A program made the translations under genes and the position numbers. The notes below the pieces were generated by a model. The model was not told where the DNA came from. It ran no database searches and saw nothing but the letters and a program-made list of their open reading frames with translations. A stretch of 64,000 bases of DNA, from positions 153,704 to 217,703 of the IMG/VR virus record IMGVR_UViG_3300017963_000192; one strand, 5' to 3'. Shown one piece after another: positions 46,001-54,363 of the stretch (the stretch's first letter is position 1; each line of letters opens with the position of its first letter).

Positions 46001-46067
46001 TCAAGGAGTTTTTGGTGATACTTTTATTGTAAGAACTAATGTGATTCCTAATATTAAAGGTAATTAG
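43050..46067 (+). CDS. terL: Terminase large subunit with one intein
   Basis: LRPLQ adenine motif, Walker A GMRGGK|S, Walker B VVLDEL, TISSP, nuclease ICVDQG...D, LDHPSSGSKDYSDA. Confidence 0.88.
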   Translation: MGIGDKLLDKNYEPSSQPTNRIESPFFKKIIKCPVNFTEDIIEYVESPEFLGMTLRPLQRKFLEELFYVNPDGSYKYEQGVMCCGMRGGKSHSIKEQILMYDGTLKEIGKIQIGDIVMGPDSTPRKVLNTSRGESEMFEIKQSCADTYIINDAHILSLKKAQSVNCSLGKNRKSNVRYGNEPDIVNIPIKEYLKKSKKWKYFFRGYKAGLIKFEEQPISIDPYLVGQWLADGHATELRITKTDADLKEWIYKFAKENDLIVKEYQKKNTIAKDFYFDKSNGNSNKIWNEFKKLNLPDNKHIPQCYISNSKEIRLELLAALIDGDGHHRLNRHGYDIAFSNETLAMDTKRLADTLGYRTHIQKKKTSCKNKETGYNFEGEAWRLSIYGNVWEIPCKVKRKQYVHNGKRTNKEEGLSSLKVTSIGWGKYAGIGVDGDNLYCLADGTVTHNSWTAAFITTFMTQLMLKYDNPAQEFGQAPGTRITGQIIASSEVQAKETAYAAVESILDYGHWWQKYIAYLKEREETEGKHTLYQELKLAREFPEKNVAVLSLHSNSAALAGKTSYCVVLDELSRFDVADGMVQSRTQKSTANAVYDTVARACSSLKQISKVVTISSPMYEDDYTMRLLCMAKDCWVGEMSPIIDALRNKTVTKVPTLYGMHATTFELNPKTEENPGGFVRGEDFESARLQNPEAYNRDYLACPPSTVNPFFEFPEKIDRVVIDREKKVAFSDKMIEESIQTANGIEMRMYIGKNIMPLKPDKMNKYYICVDQGEKRDHFALAMGHVESMPIDVTNDKGDIEKASRLKIIIDFVTGWIPDKQNRITVSFANVEEVIKVLCQSFHVGVVTYDQWSSAESIQRLFSEGVNTQQLGATLSMYETFKQLIYQGQLELPKHEILLKELKQLTLIKGKKLDHPSSGSKDYSDAVCRVCWLCYEDYIMETVHGQHMLPYKQNLPTLRSVASAYEIMRQNDMNPHGAIWNQSQSGQGVFGDTFIVRTNVIPNIKGN
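43320..44393 (+). mobile_element. Intein in TerL Walker A (358 aa, LAGLIDADG, Ser1)
   Basis: GGK|SHSIKEQILMYDG...HILSLK...ALIDGDG...LADGTVTHN|S. Confidence 0.88.
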
Positions 46068-46623
46068 AAATTATAGAGGTTTGACAGAGAAGAACTGACT
46101 TTTTATAATTATTATATATTGGTTTTACATACGTTTTCCAGTATTTATATTTTCTTCTATTACTATTAGTTCCTGCATGGTACATTCTAGATGCTTCGGC
46201 TTTATTTCCTCTCGCTTTTTTTAAACAATACTTCAAATAGCCTATTCCTAATTTTAAATTTAAATCAATATTGTAAATGTCATTAGGGTTTCCTCTATAA
46301 TGAAACGCCATGACTTGCATCAATCCTCTCGCATTAGATTTTGATTTAGCATATTGCATCTTTTTTAATGTTGGTCGCCATATTCTATGATAAGATTCTT
46401 TATTAATAATAGCACATACAAAGCGAGAATCTATTTTATTTTTCTCACTCCACATATAGATTCTATAAAAAATCTTTTGTGACAACCAGGGATACATCTT
46501 TTTTAATTGGTGACAGTATAATTCTCTTTTAATTTCTAAAGAATTAAGAATAGTAGGTGAATAACATACCACCATAAAAACAGTTATTATTTTAATGTAG
46601 CGAAAGACTATGTTTTTTATCAT
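46054..46623 (-). CDS. Lytic transglycosylase (SLT domain) with N-terminal hydrophobic segment
   Basis: AIINKES, ARGLMQV, NLKLGIGYL, YHAG. Confidence 0.85.
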   Translation of the reverse strand: MIKNIVFRYIKIITVFMVVCYSPTILNSLEIKRELYCHQLKKMYPWLSQKIFYRIYMWSEKNKIDSRFVCAIINKESYHRIWRPTLKKMQYAKSKSNARGLMQVMAFHYRGNPNDIYNIDLNLKLGIGYLKYCLKKARGNKAEASRMYHAGTNSNRRKYKYWKTYVKPIYNNYKKSVLLCQTSIISNYL

Positions 46624-46624
46624 C

Positions 46625-47737
46625 TCATTTTACTTTATAAGTCTTATTCAAAAACTCTGAAAATTCTTTTCCCTTTACGAAAGGCTGAATCCAGATGAGC
46701 TTTGTATCTAATCTACCTTTACCGATTGGTTGATTTCTCCAATGCCCTCTTACAGTCCATTGTCCAGAATATTCACGCTTTATACCATCCCGTTCTGTTA
46801 AGTCAAGTGATTTTTTATAATTTTTATCAATAACTATTTCTCTTCCAAGATAATAATAAGGTAAGTTAGAATACTTTTTTGCTCTTTTTATTTTCTTTTT
46901 GCTTTTAAGATTTGATATGTCTTTAGGTTTTATTTCTATTGGTTTCTTGTCTTGTGTATTTATATAAAGTAATGTGTTTATTATAAAGCAAAAAACTTTT
47001 TCTAAAAATGCCCTACTATAATCTTTTCTATTCAACATTTTAGGAAGTTTGTCGTTATCATCTAAAATACCTTGAACCTGTTCAAATATATCTCCCTCCT
47101 TAAATAGAATATTCCAATAGTAAAGAGAATTTCTGGGGTCACTTCTTGCAAGGAATTCATCACTAATAGCTACAATAACAAGACTTTTTAATACATCACT
47201 ACTTGCGCAATGATGATGTCCTTCAGACATTTCAAGAGGATTAACTTCATCTTTATCTAGAAGGATAACGTAAAATCCATCTAAAGGAATTCCAGTAGGG
47301 TTTATAAATTTTGTTGTTTTTGGTAAAGTTATATAAATACATCTATATGGACTTCTTAAAAAGAATGAATCTATTTTTTTTATTTCAGTATCTAAAAGCA
47401 TTTGAGTTAAATCTTCTGTTAATCTAAATACTTTCTTTCCAGACTTATAGAACATATATGGTGCATATGTTTCCCAAAAGGCTGCACGTTGTTCATCGAG
47501 AGATCTCCTAATAGATTTAGGACCTCCTTTATAAACCTTATCATCGATTGTCATTACTAATGATAGTATTCTTCTATCATAGATATAAGCATCATAACCG
47601 CTTACTTTTTCAGCATTGTCCATACTGTCCATTAATTCACAAAAACCTTTATCAGATTTAAAATAATCTTTTAAAAGCATATCCATATTTTCTATATAGC
47701 TTTCATAATGAATTCTATTATGATGCTTGTCGCCCAT
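46625..47737 (-). CDS. Conserved large-phage hypothetical protein
   Basis: C-terminal VRGHWRNQ..GKGR...LIWIQPFVKG motif. Confidence 0.6.
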   Translation of the reverse strand: MGDKHHNRIHYESYIENMDMLLKDYFKSDKGFCELMDSMDNAEKVSGYDAYIYDRRILSLVMTIDDKVYKGGPKSIRRSLDEQRAAFWETYAPYMFYKSGKKVFRLTEDLTQMLLDTEIKKIDSFFLRSPYRCIYITLPKTTKFINPTGIPLDGFYVILLDKDEVNPLEMSEGHHHCASSDVLKSLVIVAISDEFLARSDPRNSLYYWNILFKEGDIFEQVQGILDDNDKLPKMLNRKDYSRAFLEKVFCFIINTLLYINTQDKKPIEIKPKDISNLKSKKKIKRAKKYSNLPYYYLGREIVIDKNYKKSLDLTERDGIKREYSGQWTVRGHWRNQPIGKGRLDTKLIWIQPFVKGKEFSEFLNKTYKVK

Positions 47738-47749
47738 TTCACAACCTCC

Positions 47750-48181
47750 TTAATCCATTTCTGCAATATCTTCGTCTGTTATTTCTAAACAATCAATCTT
47801 ATCTCTACAATCCTCTAAAAAGATATGGAGGAAAGGAGCATTTATTCTAGGACTTAATCCTCTAACTAGAGTACTTCCTATATCATCTTTGTATTTCCAA
47901 ACAGGAATGTTAAACTTATTATATCCCCAACCATCATCAAATTTCTCAAAAATATGTATTATGAGTTTTTCGTCAACTCCACACCTATCAAATCCTTTAG
48001 GCATACCTAAAAAGAATTTACCAATAACAGGAAATCCCCTTGTACCTACAACGTGCTTACCTCAACTCATACACTTTTCATCGTGTTCATATTCTCCAAA
48101 GCAACCATCTTCAGTACTACTTCCACAAACACAACCAGGACATTGATATTTTTCTATTGCTTTCTTTATATCGTCTTTCAT
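47750..48181 (-). CDS. 143-codon Cys-rich protein with in-frame UGA at codon 40 (candidate selenoprotein, otherwise a pseudogene)
   Basis: AAGGAG RBS plus ATG at 48181; MKDDIKKAIEKYQCPGCVCG...GC...KCMS-TGA(48064-48062)-GKHVVGT continues in frame into the 47750..48004 ORF. Confidence 0.7.
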
Positions 48182-48182
48182 G

Positions 48183-48449
48183 TTACTTCTCCTTTTTAAT
48201 AGAAATTTTTAGAAAAGAATTCTTACCATCCCATCCATTATTAATAGGTAGATTTTCCAGACACCAATGTACTTTTGGGGCTTTATCTTTTTTAACCATC
48301 TTCTCATAATATTTATAATGTTGTGATTTTCTAAAACAATCAAAACAATAATAAAAAGTATATCCCAATATTGTTACTGTTTCTAGTCCAGAATCATCAT
48401 CACACAAACAACCACATTCATCACATTCAACATATAATAATTTAGCCAT
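48183..48449 (-). CDS. Small Zn-finger protein
   Basis: CDECG...YCFDC. Confidence 0.55.
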   Translation of the reverse strand: MAKLLYVECDECGCLCDDDSGLETVTILGYTFYYCFDCFRKSQHYKYYEKMVKKDKAPKVHWCLENLPINNGWDGKNSFLKISIKKEK

Positions 48450-48451
48450 TA

Positions 48452-48832
48452 TTAAATCTCCAATAATCTTTCTATTACTGATACAACTCTATTTAAAAAT
48501 ACTTTTCTTTGATTACTATCTCCAGCTATGCCAAAAATACTGTGAAATGTTGTCATTATGTCTTCAATAGCCTTGTCTCTTTCTTGTTTAGCTTTGTCTA
48601 TATACATATCATCTCTTGGCAAACCCATCCTCCATTCTTTTTTAAACCTGTCTAGAACTTTTGATGAGAATTTGTGGTACTTATCCATCTCTGCTAATCT
48701 AGACATAGGGACTGCGGGATTGAACATTGAGGCATAAACATTCTTGCAAGTGTTCTCTAATCCTATAAAGAACTCGTTCATTTTAAAATCAACTCTTGCT
48801 TGAACTTCTTTTTCTATATTATTTTCGTTCAT
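48452..48832 (-). CDS. Hypothetical protein
   Basis: ORF in the tightly packed minus-strand operon. Confidence 0.55.
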   Translation of the reverse strand: MNENNIEKEVQARVDFKMNEFFIGLENTCKNVYASMFNPAVPMSRLAEMDKYHKFSSKVLDRFKKEWRMGLPRDDMYIDKAKQERDKAIEDIMTTFHSIFGIAGDSNQRKVFLNRVVSVIERLLEI

Positions 48833-48834
48833 AA

Positions 48835-49350
48835 TTATTTAGTCTCCATAAGTTCAGTATAGTTGAATTTCTTTTTTAAAGATTCTTTTATGTTTATATA
48901 ATCTCCGTCAGATTTTAAGAAATCATTATTATATAAAATAATGTATTTGCGAACTTTAAGTTTCATTTCTACAAAATCTTTTCCATCTTGAGTTATTCTA
49001 TAATATCCTACTCGGTTGCTACCATCATCTCTTCTTCCTTTTTGTTTTTCTATTAAATTGAAAAATCTTAATTTAGGAAAATCTCCTCGAATGGATGGAG
49101 GTATATTTTTTATCTTTTTCAAATAATCTTCTACATGAAAAAATGAATTATTGTTCTCTTTATTCTTTTTATAAATCAATATTAATGCATAAGCCATTGC
49201 TCCTGTTAAGGATCTTTTATATTTTTTTGCTACTTGTCCACAACAAGGACATGTCTTTAATTTAAAAGTATCTAATTCTTTTAAGAATTCTTCTTTAACT
49301 ATATAAAAAGGTCTTTCATCTATTAATATTCTTCTCATATTACACCTCAT
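48835..49350 (-). CDS. Zn-ribbon plus winged-helix protein
   Basis: CPCCGQ; LRFFNLIE...GYYRITQDG. Confidence 0.55.
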   Translation of the reverse strand: MRCNMRRILIDERPFYIVKEEFLKELDTFKLKTCPCCGQVAKKYKRSLTGAMAYALILIYKKNKENNNSFFHVEDYLKKIKNIPPSIRGDFPKLRFFNLIEKQKGRRDDGSNRVGYYRITQDGKDFVEMKLKVRKYIILYNNDFLKSDGDYINIKESLKKKFNYTELMETK

Positions 49351-49865
49351 TTTTGTTCTTTATTTTCTTCCTCTTCAACGGCTCTCCTTTCATTGTCCAT
49401 TATTATGTGATGTCTTTTACAGAACCAATCAACATCGAGGACTTTCTCTTTCTCATAACTGTAATGATGTGCCTCTAAGTCTTCTGTTTCCCTGCATCTA
49501 GGAAATTGACACTTACATCCAGACGCTATTTTTCCGTTTCGAATTGCTTTGCGAACAGTTTCACGAGCATAAACACGCTCTGGGTAGCGTTCTCTCTCAA
49601 TCTTTTTGTAATGATAATTGTCCTGAGAAATCCCCCCTTTCCAATTAGCGTTTTCTTCTCCCGATTTAGATTGTAATCTTTCAATCGCTTCGGGAGATCT
49701 CTTTATTTTATATTTCTGCAAAGCATTCTTCACTTCCTTTGCTGTTCTATCAAACATATCACCAAGCTCTTGATTAGACTTGGTTTCTGCCAGTTCTCTT
49801 AATTGATCCCTTTCAGCTTTAGTCCATCCTTTAGTTCGGCTCATCGTACCACCCTCTTTGTTCAT
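49347..49865 (-). CDS. HTH/NUMOD plus HNH-like endonuclease
   Basis: WTKAE..QL, GEENANWKGG, C..C...EAHHYSY...WFCKRHH. Confidence 0.65.
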   Translation of the reverse strand: MNKEGGTMSRTKGWTKAERDQLRELAETKSNQELGDMFDRTAKEVKNALQKYKIKRSPEAIERLQSKSGEENANWKGGISQDNYHYKKIERERYPERVYARETVRKAIRNGKIASGCKCQFPRCRETEDLEAHHYSYEKEKVLDVDWFCKRHHIIMDNERRAVEEEENKEQK

Positions 49866-49922
49866 TTGTTTTTCTCCTCAATATCTTTATCTATCAATCT
49901 TCTTAGTTGTATACATTAGGAA

Positions 49923-50453
49923 TCAAACTCCTTTAAACTTTTTATTAAGCATTTTAACTATATCATTGTGAGTCATAGAGTCTGTTAATACTTTTTCTTC
50001 ATCCGGTTCATCGTGAAGATACTTTTCTACCATCCAATATTCATTAGCATCAGGTTTTTCATCATGCATTTTCTTTTCTCTCTTTTCCATATCTTCTTTA
50101 TAAAACCAGCATCGAGAATCATTTGCTACACAAATCATACATATAGTCCCTAAGACTCTTTTAATAGTTTCGTAACCTATTTTATCTGTACCATAAATAT
50201 TTTCCATTCTTTCCCATAAAGAATCCACATCTTTTTTAGGGGCTTGTCCTGACTCTCCAATTATAAATGCAAATTGAAAATAACCTCCAGAATTCACAAT
50301 GTTTCTTGAAGATATATATTCCGTAAAAATTCTTTTAGCTTTGTTGTATGTAGACATGCCCATTTTCTTTTGAGCATTTTTAATAAAATCACTCTTTTCT
50401 AATTTGTCCGGTGATATTGAAAAAGTTTTTTGAAAATTTTTTAAAGGCATCAT
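49923..50453 (-). CDS. Hypothetical protein
   Basis: 176-aa ORF, coupled to its neighbour. Confidence 0.55.
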   Translation of the reverse strand: MMPLKNFQKTFSISPDKLEKSDFIKNAQKKMGMSTYNKAKRIFTEYISSRNIVNSGGYFQFAFIIGESGQAPKKDVDSLWERMENIYGTDKIGYETIKRVLGTICMICVANDSRCWFYKEDMEKREKKMHDEKPDANEYWMVEKYLHDEPDEEKVLTDSMTHNDIVKMLNKKFKGV

Positions 50454-50776
50454 TTGACCTCCTCATTATTAAATCTTTCAAACACATGATAAACGGTATC
50501 TTTTATTATAAAAGTTTTTATATGTTTTCTAATAATACCTTTATCATATTTGATTTCAGAACCTGTGAAAAACATTTCAAATATCCTCTCTTCAGTATCT
50601 TCTTTTGCTTCAATATTTAAAAGAACCCAAATATACGGTTTATCATTATGAACAACTATGTCTAATATTTCAGATCCTTTTGGTAAAGTTGCTTTCCACA
50701 TTCTTCCATAAGTTAAATTGTATTTCCATACAGTTTTTATAACTGTTATCTCTTTTTTAGATTTTGACTTACTCAT
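50450..50776 (-). CDS. Conserved small phage protein
   Basis: TVWKY...LPKGSEIL...IWVL...FFTG...VYHVFE. Confidence 0.55.
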   Translation of the reverse strand: MSKSKSKKEITVIKTVWKYNLTYGRMWKATLPKGSEILDIVVHNDKPYIWVLLNIEAKEDTEERIFEMFFTGSEIKYDKGIIRKHIKTFIIKDTVYHVFERFNNEEVK

Positions 50777-51314
50777 TTAGACCCCTCTCTAATTCTTTTA
50801 ATTCTTTTCTCAAAGATGTCTCACCTATTCTAAGATAAGCCAACATTATTCTTAATGTTTTATTCTTTCCAGTAACTTTTAATATTTTTTCTGTTAAATT
50901 ATATTTTCTTCTCCATCCTTGAACAGATGCCAGAGATATTTCCATTTGCTTTGCCATTTCATAATCATTTAATAGATACTCTCCTTCTTCATCCTTTTTA
51001 TTAAATTCTAAAAATTGTGCAATCTTTTCATCTGGCCAAGGTTCTCTTAAAGAACCTCTTCCATTACTATAATTATGATGGTTAAGACGTTCTTTGTTTC
51101 TTTCTTCTATTCCATCAGACTTCTTTTCTTTCCAGTAAGGATGTCTATTTCTAGCATAGTTAATATCATCAGAAGTATACCCTGTAATAATTACCCACCT
51201 TCTTGCTATCCTACCTTTTCTTCCACTAGGTATAGAACTGTTTAGACACATATCTATAAATTCCATAGGATTTTTTGCGTTTAATATTTCTTCCTCCGTA
51301 TATCCTTGTTTCAT
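50769..51314 (-). CDS. HTH-containing protein, paralog A
   Basis: ARNRHPYWKEKK; C-terminal HTH-like DYEMAKQMEISLASVQ. Confidence 0.6.
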   Translation of the reverse strand: MKQGYTEEEILNAKNPMEFIDMCLNSSIPSGRKGRIARRWVIITGYTSDDINYARNRHPYWKEKKSDGIEERNKERLNHHNYSNGRGSLREPWPDEKIAQFLEFNKKDEEGEYLLNDYEMAKQMEISLASVQGWRRKYNLTEKILKVTGKNKTLRIMLAYLRIGETSLRKELKELERGLNE

Positions 51315-51325
51315 TTTAGAACTCC

Positions 51326-52123
51326 TTATCTATGACGAGAACTCCTAATAGCTTCCATAAGCAACCACAATTGTTTATTTAGCTTAACTTCTTGCTGAAT
51401 GTTATTAATAGTTCTTGTCTTTCTTTCTCTGTTTGCACTATCAGTATATTCAACGCCACCCTTTATTACATTTTCTTGAATGATATTAAATATTTTCCAG
51501 AGATTATCTTCTTTGTCTTCCTCTCTGCGAGGTTCTATCAACCTCATAGGCTCAATAGATTTATTATCTTCTCCAAATCTTAATAGATGAGCTGATTCCG
51601 CTAACCATTTCTTTTCATTGTTTGCGAGTTTAATTGTTTGGTACTCTTCAATCTTTGAGAAGATTTGTGAGAACCCACTTACGATTTCTGTAATAGCTTT
51701 TTCTATACTAATGAAATCAACGTTGATATGTTTCACAGAAAGATTGCCGAAGATTTCAACCGGAGTAATCAAACCATTTCCGCACACAAGTTCATTAATA
51801 GCAATGCTCATCATTACTCTGTATGATCTGTCGTGAGAACCAGTATAATGAAGCTCCGGTATCCTGTCTCCAACTTTTGTGTACTTTGCCTGGTCTGGCG
51901 TTCTGAAACGTATTGAGTGTTTTTGAAAACCCATATACTTTTCATCTCTCGGTATGCTTTGTTTAACTTCTGCGGGATACCAACCAAGCTTTTCCATATC
52001 ATCTATAATCTTATAGGTTGGTATGTATACATATTTGTCAGACACATCTTTTGCTGGACTCATAGCATAAACGCTAGGAGCTTTGGCTTTAATTTGTTCT
52101 TTGGTTAAAAAAGTATGTTCCAT
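51326..52123 (-). CDS. DUF932/DUF945-family protein (likely start MEHTFL)
   Basis: APSVYA, SDKYVYIPT, GFQKHSIRF, SHD, LVCGNGL, DNLWKIFNIIQEN, LNKQLW. Confidence 0.75.
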   Translation of the reverse strand: MEHTFLTKEQIKAKAPSVYAMSPAKDVSDKYVYIPTYKIIDDMEKLGWYPAEVKQSIPRDEKYMGFQKHSIRFRTPDQAKYTKVGDRIPELHYTGSHDRSYRVMMSIAINELVCGNGLITPVEIFGNLSVKHINVDFISIEKAITEIVSGFSQIFSKIEEYQTIKLANNEKKWLAESAHLLRFGEDNKSIEPMRLIEPRREEDKEDNLWKIFNIIQENVIKGGVEYTDSANRERKTRTINNIQQEVKLNKQLWLLMEAIRSSRHR

Positions 52124-52136
52124 ATTAATCCTCCTG

Positions 52137-52487
52137 CTAAGAATCAATTCTTAATGGTTTTGTAAATACATCAAGAAGTTTTTTTGCTTTACTTTTATCT
52201 TCTTTCTTTTTTACCTTTGCTTTTCTTGTCTTCCATTTCTTAGAATATGGTGTTACAAGATATCCATCTTTATGCATTTCTGCTTTATGTTCCCATATTA
52301 ATTGTTTAGTATCTGGTACTAATAATGTTTTGGGAGTGCCGTGTGTAGGTTTTCCTTTCTCGTCTACCCTTCTATAAAGAAAAGGACCTTTATCGCCTCT
52401 TGTTTTTATTGCGAAGGTTGTTCTTTCCTCTCTTCGAAATTTATCATAGTATTTAATTTTAACATATTCCATATTACTACCCCTCAA
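52137..52487 (-). CDS. Basic hypothetical protein
   Basis: ORF in operon. Confidence 0.5.
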   Translation of the reverse strand: MRGSNMEYVKIKYYDKFRREERTTFAIKTRGDKGPFLYRRVDEKGKPTHGTPKTLLVPDTKQLIWEHKAEMHKDGYLVTPYSKKWKTRKAKVKKKEDKSKAKKLLDVFTKPLRIDS

Positions 52488-52875
52488 ACCAATACATTTC
52501 TTCTTTAATCGATTTTAATCTGTTAATACATTCAGAAATCAGAATGAAATTGCTTTTTAGTTGAAGTACTAATAAACCGATTGCTTTTTTATTAAAATCG
52601 GTTTCTTTTTCTTTTTCTTCCTCTAGTTCACGAACTGTCTTTGCAACATAGCTTCGACATTTGCCTAGATACGTTCTTAATTTTGTAATGTCTTTTTTGT
52701 TTATTGTATGATTCTTTGGGTGAGTTAATTTATTTATTATATATTTACTATCATCGTCTATTTCAAAGTTTTTAAGATAAGCCAAATCAGAAATCATTGA
52801 TACGACTTCTGAATCTTTCTGTTCATTCTCATTAAATTGATATTCATAATAAGTTACTTTTGATTTTATATCCAT
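52477..52875 (-). CDS. Hypothetical protein
   Basis: ORF in operon. Confidence 0.5.
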   Translation of the reverse strand: MDIKSKVTYYEYQFNENEQKDSEVVSMISDLAYLKNFEIDDDSKYIINKLTHPKNHTINKKDITKLRTYLGKCRSYVAKTVRELEEEKEKETDFNKKAIGLLVLQLKSNFILISECINRLKSIKEEMYWFEG

Positions 52876-53627
52876 TGTAAGAACCTCCTTATAAAATAGT
52901 TCTTTTTTACATATCTTTTAATAGCTTTTTGATATCTCTTCCTTGTAAGAGTTCTCATTCCAGGGGCAGAATTTACTTCGTAAATATAGAAGTTGCCAGT
53001 TTCAGAATTAAAACCAACGTCTACTGCACCAAAGACAAGCCCTAAACATTCAACAGATTTTATTATCTGTTCTTTCATTTCTCGTGGTAATCTTTTCTTA
53101 TATCTTATATACTTATAACCTTTTTCTAGATTCTTTATCCAATGAGAATAATAACCTTTTTTTAAAACTTTCTCGTCTGTGTGAAAGACTCTTCCATCCA
53201 TAACGTGACATCTGTATTCAGTATCACATTTTACAAACTCTTCAAAGTAATAATCATCAAAACATCGAGGCAATTCATATTTAGACTCTATTAATCTCAT
53301 ACCTCTCCCTTGAGAATGGTTTGTATTTTTAATAACTATAGGAAACGTTTCGGGACAGTTAGTAAAATACTTTGGGGTTGTAATATTATTTTCTACAAAA
53401 AGTTTCTTCATTTTTAATTTGTTGATGCAATTCCTTATTGATTCTCTAGAATTAAATTCCAAATCACCAATCATGTTTTTATTTTTAAGATATCCAAATC
53501 TTATTATGACAGAACATTTGTAGAGAGGGAATTTAAATTTCTTATGACTTTCGTAATAAGATAAAACAGTAGGACACTCTCTTTCTTTTCTAGTCCAAAA
53601 ATATTTTAATAGTAAAGCATCAACCAT
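52866..53627 (-). CDS. RimK-like ATP-grasp ligase
   Basis: INKLKM, FPIVIK..HSQGRG, EYRCHV, FGAVDV, YEVNSAPG. Confidence 0.8.
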   Translation of the reverse strand: MVDALLLKYFWTRKERECPTVLSYYESHKKFKFPLYKCSVIIRFGYLKNKNMIGDLEFNSRESIRNCINKLKMKKLFVENNITTPKYFTNCPETFPIVIKNTNHSQGRGMRLIESKYELPRCFDDYYFEEFVKCDTEYRCHVMDGRVFHTDEKVLKKGYYSHWIKNLEKGYKYIRYKKRLPREMKEQIIKSVECLGLVFGAVDVGFNSETGNFYIYEVNSAPGMRTLTRKRYQKAIKRYVKKNYFIRRFLQWI

Positions 53628-53845
53628 TATTTACCATCCTATAAATGATTCCCAAACATCAAACGGAACTCTAAAAGATTCTTTAAAAGTTCCAGTTCCA
53701 TCATCTGCCCTTTTAATAAACTTATCATCTTTTATCGTTACCTCTACAGGAATCTTTCTTAATTGTGTTTTGAACATCTTATTTATCTTTTCCAATTTGT
53801 GTTCAGTATCAATGTTTGTGATTGTGTAAACTGTACTTTCTTTCA

Positions 53846-54361
53846 TCACCCTCTCCTACTCAACTCTCTTAAATGAGCCTCACATCTTTTCATTAATTCA
53901 ATAAAAGCCTTACTAACTCTTTTTGTTTTTCTTATCTTAAATATGAGATTTCTTTTTCTCCTCATATGTTGAATACTTGGTATCGTTGTCTCAAACATTT
54001 TTGCAAGTTCTCTATCACAATGAATATATTTTCCATTTTTATCTTTCACATCAACTTCTAGAAACTTTTTAATGTCTTTATCGGGCCAAGCTATTCCATG
54101 TCCTCTATCTTCTGTGTAGTCAAACTCACTCCAACGTGCCATATTTCTAACTTGATATCCTTCCTGTTTCTTTTTCTTCCAGTAAGGGTGTCTGTGTCTT
54201 GCATGTTTGATATCTTCTACGGTATGACCTGTTTTCTCCATCCACTCTTTTGCGAGAGCAATCTTTCTTCCTCTCTTTATTTTACTATTCAAACACCTAT
54301 CAATATATTGTTCCGGTGTTTTAGAATTAAGTACTTGTCTTTCTGTAAAATTATTTTCCAT
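53846..54361 (-). CDS. HTH-containing protein, paralog B
   Basis: ARHRHPYWKKKK; DRELAKMFETTIPSIQ; aligns end to end with 50769..51314. Confidence 0.6.
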   Translation of the reverse strand: MENNFTERQVLNSKTPEQYIDRCLNSKIKRGRKIALAKEWMEKTGHTVEDIKHARHRHPYWKKKKQEGYQVRNMARWSEFDYTEDRGHGIAWPDKDIKKFLEVDVKDKNGKYIHCDRELAKMFETTIPSIQHMRRKRNLIFKIRKTKRVSKAFIELMKRCEAHLRELSRRG

Positions 54362-54363
54362 TT

